The notes under the pieces are model-generated. The model was not told the origin of the DNA, ran no database searches, and worked only from the letters and a program-made list of their open reading frames with translations. A stretch of 64,000 nt of DNA from Eledone cirrhosa (taxonomy: Eukaryota), in the NCBI GenBank assembly GCA_964016885.1, contig OZ024764.1:1240001-1304000 (forward strand), read 5' to 3'. Positions 1 through 14,285 of the stretch are shown here, piece after piece; the first letter of the stretch is position 1; every line of letters starts with the position of its first letter. The position numbers and the translations under genes are program-made.

Positions 1-563
1 CAGACATACAGTAGTATGTATATACATACATACATGCACACACACATATATATATGTATACAGACATACAGTAGTATGTATATACATACATACATGTATA
101 CACATATATATATATATGTATACAGACATACAGTAGTATGTATATACATACATACACACACACATATATATATGTATACAGACATACAGTAGTATGTATA
201 TACATACATACACACACATATATATATGTATAGACATACAGTAGTATGTATATACATACATACATGCACACACACATATATATATATGTATACAGACATA
301 CAGTAGTATGTATATATATACATACATGCACACACACACATATATATATATATACAGACATACAGTAGTATGTATATACATACATACACACACACATATA
401 TATATGTATACAGACATACAGTAGTATGTATATATATACATACATGCACACACACACATATATATATGTATACAGACATACAGTAGTATGTATATACATA
501 CATACACACACACATATATATATGTATACAGACATACAGTAGTATGTATATACATACATACAA
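1..563. repeat. Minisatellite, ~56-62 bp unit (cagacatacagtagtatgtatatacatacatac...)
   Basis: About 10 tandem copies of cagacatacagtagtatg separated by variable CA/TA runs. Confidence 0.9.
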
Positions 564-917
564 CATTATATATGCCTTTGTTAAAATATAGATTCTTTAG
601 AATAACGTTTTTCGCAGCGTTTTCTTGCTTGACTGTAGTGTGACCCTTACGCTGACTTCTTTCTTTCTTCTTTTTTTCTTTCTTTCTTCTCTCTTTCTTT
701 CTTTCTTTCTTCCCCTTTTTTATTTTTTTATTCTTTGACGGAGAGGTGGTAGTACATTATAAGCCTTCGCCCCCTCACCAGATGGTCATTAGCAGATCGA
801 GTTGCCTTCACTTTGAGGGCGACTGGCCGAGGTGAAGGCAGCTAGTTGGTCAGTCGTCCTCTCTGTCTCTGATTTTTCGGATCCATGGTTTTTACATGTT
901 CCTTTGTTATATTTCGA

Positions 918-975
918 ATACCTGATGATATCACCGGATTCATATGGAACCTGGTCATTGAAATGATCATAGTAT
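918..975 (+). ncRNA. Type I hammerhead ribozyme motif
   Basis: ATAC-CTGATGA-[ACCGG.TTC/GAAC.CTGGT stem II]-GAAA-TGATCAT(palindromic stem III)-A-GTAT; stem I ATAC/GTAT. Confidence 0.7.
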
Positions 976-1613
976 AATAAACCTTTCAAGGATTTACACA
1001 AGTCCAGCCTCCCGTTATTTTTATTTATAATTAACTCCGTATTCGCACCACCAACTACACAAACGAAGACGGGTGAACTGCACTGCGTTGACTACTCTCC
1101 ACAATATTACACCAATGCTAGCGTGGAAGAACGGACGTAAAACGGTGATGATGATGATGATGATTGACCATACGGAATAACCAATTCTATCCAGTGGTGA
1201 AACAACAAACCTAAAAATACACTGCTAGTATATATATATATTCATATAAGTATTGAAATTTCCGTTGAAAACAGAAAAGGTCATAGAGGTGAAGAGTGCT
1301 CTATGTAAGTACCAGAGCAAAATTTAATGTATAAAAATTAATACAATATAATTCATATATATATATATATATATATATATCATAAAACATGTCTATAGAA
1401 TCACCAGATAAAATATATACCATTTCCTCTCCCAATTAGCATAATCAACTATATTAAAAATCGAATAGACCAGGCTATAAGAATAAGGCTTCTATGAAGA
1501 AATCCCCAACAAATAACTGAAACTAGCCCTTCGTGTCGGCTGCGACGGAATATTTATCGAATATTTCGACAGCGTAATCACCCAGATATACAGTTAATTA
1601 AGTATATATATAT

Positions 1614-1643
1614 ACTAGCAGTGTATCCCGGCGTTGCTCGGGT
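1614..1643 (-). mobile_element. Helitron-like 3' terminus (GC hairpin + CTAG)
   Basis: tactag...cccggc-gtt-gctcggg; similar ends at 13913, 14049, 14185, 14840, 38529. Confidence 0.45.
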
Positions 1644-1704
1644 AAGAAGATTGGTAATAACACCTCCAATGAGAAACGTTTATTTGTGAGTGCCTGTTAA
1701 ATCT

Positions 1705-1940
1705 CACGAACTGGACATGCTCACCGACACCCAGAGTTGACACTGCTCTCAGTGCTCCTGTGGGAGTCCCTGCATGGACAGAGGAAGACCGAAGTTAACA
1801 TATTTTGATGACCTCAGGACAGACACTGGTCTGTTGGAGACGCAGGACATGGCAGCGATAATGAGGGACAGAGACTGCTGGAGAGAACTCGTCCATGGAT
1901 CTCGGGAATTTTACCCGCCCTAGATAGATAGATAGATAGA
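1705..1940 (+). mobile_element. RTE-type LINE 3' fragment with (TAGA)n tail
   Basis: Degenerate translation GHAHRHPE...RGRPKLTYFDDLRTDTG...MRDRDCWRELV matches the RTE C-terminal pattern. Confidence 0.6.
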
Positions 1941-1994
1941 TATATTTTTTATGTGTATATTTATATATATGTATATGTGTGTATATATATAATC

Positions 1995-2468
1995 ATCATC
2001 ATCTTTTTACGTCCGCTTTTCCCTGCTTGCAAGGGGGGGACAGGAACTGATTCTGGCTTGATTTCTACAGCTGGATGCCCTTCCTAACACCAACCTCATT
2101 TACAGTGAGTGCTGGGTGCTTTTTTGCTGTGGCCCCTCCACAACCACTTTACAGTGAGTGCTGGGTGCTTTTTTGCCGTGGCACCTCCACGACCACTTTA
2201 CAGTGTGGGGTGGGTCCTTTTTTGCCGTGGCACCTCCACGACCACTTTACAGTATGGGCTGGCTGCTTTTTTGCCGTGGCACCTCTACGACCACTTTGCA
2301 GTGGAATGATAGGGACCCGAGTCCCTATCATCTCATTTCTACAGCTGAGTAAAGTGGAGCAATGTGAAATAAAGTGTCTTGCTCAAGGAAACAACACATC
2401 ACCCGGTCTGAGAATTGACCTCACAGCCTTTCGATTGCAAGGCCAATGCTCTAACAACTAGGCCTCCA
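1995..2468 (-). mobile_element. tRNA-derived SINE family A (with internal ~49 bp x4 duplication)
   Basis: Near-identical to copies at 7715, 35171, 38756, 47940, 57447, 63330; CCTTGAGCAAGACAC body, (ATG)n tail. Confidence 0.85.
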
Positions 2469-2759
2469 TATATATATATATACACACACACTATACATAC
2501 ATTCTTATATATATATACATATATAGACTTCCTAATGATTGTGAGTCTTTCTTGAACCTATTCTAATTATTATCTCAGTCAATTAAGTCAGTGCTAAATA
2601 CCTGACACGTGCTGAACCTAGAGACATCTGACCCAGCAACATTGACCCAGGGGGTAACACAGAGAATCTTCTACAAGTTTATTGTGAATCAATCTTCTAA
2701 GATTTTACAAAACCTGTTTCTTTGCTAAACTGGTGAGTCAGGTAAAAATGGTCAATAGA

Positions 2760-4160
<1,401 letters not shown>

Positions 4161-4204
4161 AGGTAAATATACACGGGTGTGTATGATTGTGTATAGAAGA
4201 TTAT

Positions 4205-4583
4205 ATTAATAAAAGGAATTCCAACTTTGTCTGATTTACTCGTTTTATTTACAATCCTTTAAAATGTATAATGGTATTATAATGAAATAGTGTGATAGAA
4301 TATTAAATGTTAAGTGTTAACTGAACAAGTACTTTCATGTTTTCGCAATCTTCAGGTTCATAATGTGTGGTGACAATCAAGTTTGCAAACAGTTGAAAAT
4401 TGCAAACTTGACTGTCACCACACATTATGAACCTGAAGATTGCGAAAACATGAAAGTACTTGTTCAATTAACACTTAGAATTTAATATTCTATCATACTA
4501 TTTCATTATAATACCATTATACATTTTAAAGGATTGTAAATAAAACGAGTAAATCAGACAAAGTTGGAATTCCTCTTATTAAT
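4205..4583. mobile_element. ~184 bp-arm palindrome of two head-to-head hammerhead-bearing (Penelope-like) termini
   Basis: Arms 4205-4388 and 4400-4583 are reverse complements around an 11 bp spacer; flanked by TA-rich tracts. Confidence 0.8.
4428..4466 (+). ncRNA. Minimal type I hammerhead ribozyme motif (mirror copy at 4322-4360, minus strand)
   Basis: TGAAC-CTGAAGA-TTGCGAAAACAT-GAAA-GTACT-T-GTTCA; stem I TGAAC/GTTCA, palindromic stem III AGTACT. Confidence 0.7.
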
Positions 4584-5139
4584 ATATATATGTATATATA
4601 TGTGTATATATATATATGTATATATATGTGTTGTTATACTTGGGGAGGGTCATATTTGCGTAATATTGCCAGAATTAATAACAGAACACACTTACTGTTT
4701 GGTTGGTTTTCGCTTCTCGCTGTCTTTTATATCTGCGATCTAACTTACTCGGTCCTCAATGTTGCCATTGACTGACCGACGGTCAAAAATAATACAGATA
4801 CAATATAGACACAAACACATATATATAGTTTACATAATTTACATAAATCTTTCGTTGCACATCTGCAACATCGTCAGTGGTGTTATATTTTTTCCTCCTG
4901 TTGTGTTGTATGTCTACGCCATTTTTTATTCAGTCTGTCTATATATTTATTTATTTATTTGCTTGTTTGTTTATTTTATTTTGACTTCTTTGCGCATGCG
5001 TTTGCGTGTGTGTATAGTGTTATGTGTGCTGTGTGACTAGTGTGTATAGTGTTGTGTCTGCTGGGTGACTAGTGTGTGTTTATGTGCATGTGTATGTATT
5101 TATTTATCTTATTTTATTTTATTTTATTTATTTACTTAT

Positions 5140-5510
5140 TTATACTTCTCTTAGGTCAGTGTTGTTTGTTTGGGTGTTGTTGTTGTTCCACTCATTCTTT
5201 CTGTTTAGCTTTGGTCTTCTAATTTCTATTTCACTGGCCTCTCTGATTTGCCTATCTGCTGGGTCATTCCTATGTTTAGATATTATTCTAATTTCTATGT
5301 TGTCTATGTTACCGTCATGTTGTTGTCTAGCATGTTCATATAGTACTAACCCGTTTTTTCGTCCTTTTAGTTCCCCCCAGTGTTGGTCTATCCTTTCACC
5401 TATGCTACGAGCTGTCTCACCTATGTATGTTGTTGTCATGTTTCTGCAAGTACCCTCTGTACATCTTATGCTATAGACTACGTTTCTAGTTTTACAGTTT
5501 ATCCGGGGGT
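5140..5510 (-). mobile_element. Penelope-like element GIY-YIG endonuclease C-terminal fragment
   Basis: INCKTRNVVYSIRC...YIGETARSIGERIDQH...EASEI...PKLN is the typical PLE GIY-YIG pattern. Confidence 0.85.
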
Positions 5511-5585
5511 TCACCTTACATATGATACATTTCCTATTGGTACAGTGGGTTTTCTTAAAAGGGTAGGAAATGTATCATATGTAAG

Positions 5586-7482
5586 GTGATCTCTCAATTC
5601 AGAGATTCTTTCCTCAGACATTCTAACCACGTCTGTAGTATCAGAGCTGTGATCTCTCAATTCAGAGATTCTTTCCTGAGACATTCTAACCACATGTCTG
5701 TAGTATCAGAGCTGTGACCTCTCAATTCTGAGATTCTTTCCTCAGACACCACATGTCTGTAGTATCAGAGATGTGACCTCTCAATTCTGAGATTCTTTCC
5801 TCAGACATTCTAACCACATGTCTGTAGTATCTGAGCTGTGATCTCTCAATTTAGAGATTCTTTCCTGTGACATTGTAACCACATGTCTATAGTATCTGAG
5901 CTGTGATCTCTCAATTTAGAGATTCTTTCCTGTGACATTCTAACCACATGTCTGTAGTATCAGAGCTGTGGTCTCTCAATTCAGAGATTCTTTCCTCAGA
6001 CATTCTAACCACATGTCTGTAGTATCAGAGCTGTGGTCTCTCAATTCAGAGATTCTTTCCTCAGACATTCTAACCACATGTCTGTAGTATCAGAGCTGTG
6101 ATCTCTCAATTCAGAGATTCTTTCCTGAGACATTCTAACCACATGTCTGTAGTATCAGAGCTGTGGTCTCTCAATTCAGAGATTCTTTCCTGAGACATTC
6201 TAACCACATGTCTGTAGTATCAGAGCTGTCATCTCTCAATTCAGAGATTCTTTCCTCAGACATTCTAACCACATATCTGTAGTATCAGAGCTGTGATCTC
6301 TCAATTCAGAGATTCTTTCCTCAGACATTCTAACCACATGTCTGTAGTATCAGAGCTGTGATCTCTCAATTCAGAGATTCTGACCTGAGACATTCTAACC
6401 ACATGTCTGTAGTATCAGAGCTGTGATCTCTCAATTCAGAGATTCTTTCCTCAGACATTCTAACCACATGCCTGTAGTATCAGAGCTGTGGTCTCTCAAT
6501 TCAGAGATTCTTTCCTCAGACATTCTAACCACATGTCTGTAGTATCAGAGCTGTGGTCTCTCAATTCAGAGATTCTTTCCTCAGACATTCTAACCACATG
6601 TCTGTAGTATCAGAGCTGTGATCTCTCAATTCAGAGATTCTTTCCTGAGACATTCTAACCACATGTCTGTAGTATCAGAGCTGTGGTCTCTCAATTCAGA
6701 GATTCTTTCCTCAGACATTCTAACCACATGTCTGTAGTATCAGAGCTGTGATCTCTCAATTCAGAGATTCTTTCCTCAGACATTCTAACCACATATCTGT
6801 AGTATCAGAGCTGTGATCTCTCAATTCAGAGATTCTTTCCTGAGACATTCTAACCACATATCTGTAGTATCAGAGCTGTGATCTCTCAGTTAGGAGATTC
6901 TTTCCTCAGACATTCTAACCACATGTCTGTAGTATCACAGCTGTGATCTCTCAATTCAGAGATTCTTTCCTCAGACATTCTAACCACATATCTGTAGTAT
7001 CAGAGCTGTGGTCTCTCAATTCAGAGATTCTTTCCTCAGACATTCTAACCACATATCTGTAGTATCACAGCTGTGATCTCTCAATTCAGAGATTCTTTCC
7101 TCAGACATTCTAACCACATGTCTGTAGTATCAGAGCTGTGATCTCTCAGTTAGGAGATTCTTTCCTCAGACATTCTAACCACATGTCTGTAGTATCACAG
7201 CTGTGATCTCTCAATTCAGAGATTCTTTCCTCAGACATTCTAACCACATATCTGTAGTATCAGAGCTGTGGTCTCTCAATTCAGAGATTCTTTCCTCAGA
7301 CATTCTAACCACATATCTGTAGTATCACAGCTGTGATCTCTCAATTCAGAGATTCTTTCCTCAGACATTCTAACCACATGTCTGTAGTATCAGAGCTGTG
7401 ATCTCTCAATTTAGAGATTCTTTCCTCAGACATTCTAACCACATGTCTGTAGTATCAGAGCTGTGATCTCTCAATTCAGAGA
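5586..7482 (-). repeat. 65 bp tandem array (~29 copies) derived from RTE LINE coding sequence
   Basis: Period 65 (taaccacatg at 5941, 6006, 6071); minus strand reads IERSQL*YYRHVVRMSEERIS. Confidence 0.9.
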
Positions 7483-7560
7483 AGTACTGGCCCTACCTGG
7501 AGTGGTTCCCTGATCTCTGAGCTACACACTCTATCAAGTAACGTTACTACAAAGACCCAA
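7483..7560 (-). mobile_element. RTE LINE fragment contiguous with the 65 bp array
   Basis: Minus strand VTLLDRVCSSEIREPLQVGPVLL* runs in frame into IERSQL. Confidence 0.75.
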
Positions 7561-7714
7561 TTATGCAATAGTATGAAAGCACTCTACGTGATGCAACTCA
7601 ATCCTCTCTGTAAGATACGGTCGGTGATGCATGGACAGAGTTAAACATTATTGAATATAGTGACAGGGGACTGGAAAGTTGAAATTCCTTTAAATATTCA
7701 ATTCTGCAGACACT

Positions 7715-8057
7715 ATCATCATCATCATCATCATCATCATTTTACGTCCGCTTCTCCCTGCTTGCAAGGGTGGGACGGGAACTGGTTCTGGCTTGATTTC
7801 TACAGCTGGATGCCCTTCCTAACACCAACCTCATTTACAGTGAGTGCTGGGTGCTTTTTTGCCGTGGCACCTCCACGACCACTTTGCAGTGGAATGATAT
7901 GGACCCCAGTCCCTATCATCTCATTTCTACAGCTGAGTAAACTGGAGCAATGTGAAATAAAGTGTCTTGCTCAAGGAAACAACACATCACACGGTCTGAG
8001 AATTGACCTCACAGCCTTTCGATTGCAAGGCCAATGCTCTAACAACTAGGCCTCCAT
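7715..8057 (-). mobile_element. SINE family A
   Basis: Same sequence as the other family A copies. Confidence 0.85.
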
Positions 8058-8646
8058 ATATATATATATACACACACACTATACATACATTCTTATATAT
8101 ATATATACATATATAGACTTCCTAATGATTGTGAGTCTTTCTTGAACCTATTCTAATTATTATCTCAGTCAATTAAGTCAGTGCTAAATACCTGACACGT
8201 GCTGAACCTAGAGACATCTGACCCAGCAACATTGACCCAGGGGGTAACACAGAGAATCTTCTACAAGTTTATTGTGAATCAATCTTCTAAGATTTTACAA
8301 AACCTGTTTCTTTGCTAAACTGGTGAGTCAGGTAAAAATGGTCAATAGATAGGTGTGTATGTATATGTGTGTATATATACATATACATATATATACATAT
8401 ACATATATATACATATACACATATATATACATATATATGCATATATATAGATATATATATATATGCATATATATAGATATATATATATATGCATATACAT
8501 AAATATATATATATGCATGTATATATATATATATACACATATATATATACATATACACATATATATATACACATATATATACATATACATATATATACAT
8601 GCATATATATATACATATATATATACATATACATATATATACATGC

Positions 8647-8677
<31 letters not shown>

Positions 8678-8840
8678 CACATATATATAGATATACACAT
8701 ATATATATATACACATATATATAGATATACACATATATATATATACACATATATATAGATATACACATATATATACATATACATATACATATATAAATAC
8801 ATATATATACATATACATATATACATATATATACATATAC

Positions 8841-8875
<35 letters not shown>

Positions 8876-8907
8876 CATATATATATACATATATATATAT
8901 ACATGCA

Positions 8908-8941
<34 letters not shown>

Positions 8942-9048
8942 CATGCATATATATACATATATGTAGATAAATCTACCAAGAGTTTACGGTAGTGTCCAAT
9001 CCATATGAAGAACTCAATGTATTCCGGATATCATGGAAAGAAGAAATG

Positions 9049-9091
<43 letters not shown>

Positions 9092-9106
9092 GTATATATG
9101 TATATA

Positions 9107-9181
<75 letters not shown>

Positions 9182-9259
9182 GTATATATGTATATATATA
9201 TGTATATATGTATATATACATATATATATACATATATACATATATATATACATATATAC

Positions 9260-9328
<69 letters not shown>

Positions 9329-9343
9329 TATATACATATATAC

Positions 9344-9393
<50 letters not shown>

Positions 9394-9445
9394 AATTAGA
9401 TAGATAAATATACACAGGTGTGTATGATTGTGTATAGAAGATTAT

Positions 9446-9828
9446 ATTAATAAGAGGAATTCCAACTTTGTCTGATTTACTCGTTTTATTTACAATCCTT
9501 TAAAATTTATATAATATGGTATTATAATGAAATAGTATGATAGAATATTAAATTCTAAGTGTTAATTGAACAAGTACTTTCATGTTTTCGCAATCTTCAG
9601 GTTCATAATGTGTGGTGACAGTCAAGTTTGCAAACAGTTGAAAATTGCAAACTTGACTGTCACCACACATTATGAACCTGAAGATTGCGAAAACATGAAA
9701 GTACTTGTTCAATTAACACTTAGAATTTAATATTCTATCATACTATTTCATTATAATACCATTATACATTTTAAAGGATTGTAAATAAAACGAGTAAATC
9801 AGACAAAGTTGGAATTCCTCTTATTAAT
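9446..9828. mobile_element. Second copy of the hammerhead-bearing palindrome (HHR at 9567-9605 minus, 9673-9711 plus)
   Basis: Near-identical to 4205-4583. Confidence 0.8.
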
Positions 9829-9889
9829 ATATATATGTATATATATGTGTATATATATATATATGTATATATATGTGTATATATATGTA

Positions 9890-10000
<111 letters not shown>

Positions 10001-10002
10001 GT

Positions 10003-10053
<51 letters not shown>

Positions 10054-10150
10054 TATATATATTTATAATGATATCTATATATATATATAGTTTTAATATA
10101 GAAGAGATTCTACAGGACTTTAGAAATCATCAGGAATCTGAATCTGAATA

Positions 10151-10199
10151 GATTCCTGATGATTTCTAAAGAATGAAACAGCTCTAGTCCTGTAGAATC
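10151..10199 (+). ncRNA. Type I hammerhead ribozyme motif
   Basis: GATTC-CTGATGA-TTTCtaaaGAAT-GAAA-CAGctctagtcCTGT-A-GAATC; all three stems pair; GUA cleavage triplet. Confidence 0.8.
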
Positions 10200-10283
10200 G
10201 CTTCTATATTAAAACTTTTATACTCTGCAATGTATTGAGTACCTTACTTACTGTGGTTACCTCCGATTCAACCCGGAATAACG

Positions 10284-10359
<76 letters not shown>

Positions 10360-10429
10360 TATGTTTATATATATTTATAATGATATCTATATATATGTAT
10401 ATATATATATGTATATATATATGTATATA

Positions 10430-10493
<64 letters not shown>

Positions 10494-10575
10494 TATATAT
10501 ATTTATAATGATATCTATATATATATATAGTTTTAATATAGAAGAGATTCTACAGGACTTTAGAAATCATCAGGA

Positions 10576-10644
<69 letters not shown>

Positions 10645-10969
10645 CACACATGTATACATGATATATATATATACACACACACACACACAATGATATATAT
10701 ATACACACACGCGATATATATATATATATACACCAAGGATCTCGCACATACATTATATATATATATATATATATATCCAGGGGGTGTAACTAGGAGTTAC
10801 TGCAGGTTCACCCGGAAGAGCACTCGATGTTTAGGTTCACATCTGTGATGAGGTCTACTTCGATATAGATCTAACCTTGAGCTGATCAGTGGCGAAACAC
10901 GTGTCACCTATCAATAAATGCAATGAAGGAATAATTAATCGTCCTTTTTATCCTTTCTATATATAATAA

Positions 10970-11965
10970 TAATAATAATAATGAAATTATTGTGTACAGT
11001 GATCAGGTGCACTACAACTCATCAAAGGTGCATGTATAGTACATAGAATAATGTACAAATGTCAGGAAAATGAACAGTGTAAGAGTCATGATATAATAAC
11101 AATAACAATAATGAAATATAGGTGCACCACAACTCATCAAAAAAGTGCATGTACAGTACATAGGGCAATGCACAAACATCAGTAAAATGAACAGTGCACG
11201 AGTCATGATACACACATATGTGCATGTGTATGGAAGGGGTACATCAGGTGTAGTTTTGGCGTATTTCGGGAAGCATGAGTGTCTTAAAGGATGCAGTGTC
11301 TCGGCAGCTAACAACTGACGCAGGCAGTTTGTTCCCTACTTCAGCAACTCTGAGCGTGAAAAAATGTCTACGAAAGTCATGGGAGCTGTGCTGTTTTCTG
11401 ATCTTGTAGGCATGTCCACGTGTGTTAGACACATGGAGATGAAAGAGGCGCTCAGGGTTGCAATTGGCGAGATGGTTAAAAACTTTGTGGGTATTCACCA
11501 AGTCCATTGCCAGACGTCGGAGCTTCAATGAATCCATGCCCAGGGAAGCAAGGCGTTCAGAGTATGGTAGGTGTCTGATGGAGGGTATGCGCTTGGTTGC
11601 ACGTCTCTGAACAGTTTCCAGGAGGTCAATGTTCTGAGCAAGATAGGGGTTCCAGACTGATGATGCGAATTCCAAGTGTGATCGCACCATAGCTGTATAC
11701 AGTTTTAAATAGATGGCTGGAGAGCGGCTAACAAAGGTCTTGCTGAGTGATGCCAAGACACCCTCGGCCTTCTTGACAATCTTAGAGACATGCTTTGTCC
11801 AACGCAAATCGTTGCTGACAGTAATGCCCAGGTCACATTCACAAGAGGACTTTTTGATATCAGTGTTGTGGAGGGAGTATGTGGACGCTGGATTTTTCCT
11901 TCCAAAATGCATGGTGGTACACTTGTCCACAGCCAGCTTCAGTTGCCAGTCTGTGATCCATTGCT
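10970..11965 (-). mobile_element. CR1/L2-group LINE 3' fragment (RT C-terminus + 3' UTR, (TTA)n tail)
   Basis: DKCTTMHFGRKN...DLGITVSNDLRW...LYTAMVRSHLEFASSVWNPY...VQRRATK; 3' end also at ~35530-35660 and ~63620-63740. Confidence 0.9.
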
Positions 11966-12009
11966 GCTACTTATTATATATATATATATATATATAATAA
12001 GTAGCAGCA

Positions 12010-12630
12010 AGTGCCCACACAATACTAGCTCTTTCAATTGCGCAGAGGGTTCTATAGAAATAGTGGACAGCTTTCGTTACCTGGTTGACAAAATCAGCAG
12101 TGGGGGAGAGTGCTCTGAAAGTACAGTAGCTAGAGTCAGAACTGGATGGAAAAAGTTCAGAGAGCTTATACCACTATTAGCCGCTAAAGGGTTCTCCCTA
12201 AAAATGAAAGGCAGGTTGTATGATGCCTGCATACGAACAGCAATGTTGCATGGCAGTGAGACCTGGGCATTGTGTGCAGAGGATATACGCAGACTAGAGA
12301 GGAACGAAGCTTGCATGCTCCGCTGGATGTGTAATAGTAATATACGTGAACGGCAAAGCATAAAGGAACTAAGGAAAAAATTAGAAATAAGAGGGATCAG
12401 ATGTTGTTTACTCGAGAGAAGGCTACGTTGGTATGGTCACGTGATGCGCATGAAAGACGACAGCTGTATAACAAAGTGCAGGGCAATAAAGATAGATGGT
12501 AGCCACGAAGTAGGCAGACCTGGGACGACTTGATAAATTCCGACCTCACACACTTACACCTCTCCAAGACAATGTCACTGGACCGAGACCTTTGGCGGTA
12601 CTCAGTAACAGAGAAGACCCGCCTTACCTA
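12010..12630 (+). mobile_element. RTE-clade LINE 3' fragment
   Basis: VDSFRYL...RVRTGWKKFREL...KGRLYDACIRTAMLHGSETW...RLRWYGHVMRM...GRP. Confidence 0.9.
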
Positions 12631-13254
12631 AATACAAAGTAAAACCTACTACAGTCAATAGGCATCTCTAACAAAATACACCCCCGTCCCACCACCCCCA
12701 CCCCATCCACACCGCCCCCTTCAATGCAGAGTTATGTTAGTGCCACAACATCCAGGCCGAAACAAATGAGATCGTGTAGGTGTCACGACAAAAAACACAC
12801 AGTCCACGCTGTAATGTGACCGTGTAGGCAACACGGTAAAAACCTCCCAGCCCCTCACTGTAAATGTGGTTGGTGTTAGGAAGGGCATCCAGCTGTAGAA
12901 AACCCGCCAGACAGTCCTATGCGAGCAAGACAACCACTCTTGCCTCAAGTGGGAAAACCCCCGTCCAAACCCATGCAAGCGTGGAACATGGACGTTAAAC
13001 GATGATGATGATGATGATAAATGAAGTAATTGCGTCGAGAATTAGTATATCTACCAACATATGTATACAGATGTATACCCATGCTAGCAAATATATATGT
13101 TATGTCTAGTACCTTTGTGGTTCTATGCAAGGGGATGCAGAACAATTATATGAAAGATGTAAAATAAGAAAATTTTTAAATTAACTTATATATTTATACA
13201 GGGTGTGGACGATATTTGTTCGCAGTTTTCAACTGCTAATTTTATGCAGTCTCT

Positions 13255-13480
13255 TCTGCTGCTATCTAGGTGACTTAATCACAAGTGGAGGAAGGTGCTC
13301 TGATAGTATAATAGTTACAATAAGGACAGGATGGAAGAAGTTTAGAGAGGTGCTCCCACAGTTGACGACAAAAGGTTTCTCCCTACTTACAAAAGGATGG
13401 TTGTATGACACCTGAGTGTGAAGTGCAATGCTGCATGTTAGTGAAACATCGTCAGTGACTGCAGAGGACGTGCATTAGAC
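13255..13480 (+). mobile_element. Degenerate RTE LINE fragment
   Basis: YLGDLITSGGRCSDSIIVTIRTGWKKFREVLP, paralogous to 12010-12630. Confidence 0.75.
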
Positions 13481-13788
13481 ACATGGAATTCAGACCAATG
13501 TGAAATAAAGTGTCTTGCTCAAGGAAACAACACATCACCCGGTCTGAGAATTGAACTCACAACCTTTCGATTGCAAGCCCAATGCTCTAACCACTAAGCC
13601 ATGTGCCTCCATCTATATATATTCCAATGAGCAGTAAAATTCCAGTGACATCATCAGGTGTATTACATAACAGTAAGTCTCCGGGATCTGACATAAGCTG
13701 CCCTCGAGTCAAGTATTTTTACCTTTATTTTTGTCTCCATGTATACAACCTCTGTTCACCATGTTTCCTTTATAACTGTTATACAATA

Positions 13789-13840
13789 CACCTGATGATG
13801 TCTCTGGAATCTCACTTGTCATTGACATATATACATAGTG
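13789..13840 (+). ncRNA. Degenerate hammerhead motif (GAAA>GACA)
   Basis: CAC-CTGATGA...GACA-TATATACAT-A-GTG; inverted partial copy at ~13625-13670. Confidence 0.4.
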
Positions 13841-13909
13841 CTTGCAGAATTGAATCATTAAAAGAACTTCAAGTTTCCGGCTTCCTGTCACTTTATTCAA
13901 TTATATATA

Positions 13910-14285
13910 TATACTAGCTGAGGTACCCGGCTTCACCTGGGAGAACAGTTAAGAGAAGAGGGATAAAAGAGAAAACGACTGTATTGGATGTGTTGTCTGG
14001 TATGAGGTGAGACCGTAACGACATAGATGCCAACTTATATATATATACACTAGCTGAGGTACCCGGCTTTACCCAGGAGAATAGTTAAGAGCAGACGGTT
14101 AACAGAGAAAATGACTGTGTTGGATGTGTTGTCTGGTATGAGGTGAGACCGTAACGACATAGATGCCAACTTATATATACATACACTAGCTGAGGTACCC
14201 GGCTTTACCCGGGAGAATAGTTAAGAGCAGACGGTTAACAGAGAAAATGACTGTATTGGATGTGTTGTCTGGTATGAGGTGAAAC
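13910..14285. repeat. ~136 bp x3 tandem with Helitron-like CTAG/hairpin end
   Basis: ctagctgaggtacccggc at 13913, 14049, 14185. Confidence 0.8.

Noticed and set aside
10842-10908. Possible hammerhead (GAAACACGTGTC)
   Set aside because: Palindromic stem III is present but the upstream core is GTGATGA or CTGATCA with no convincing stem I; at most a decayed copy
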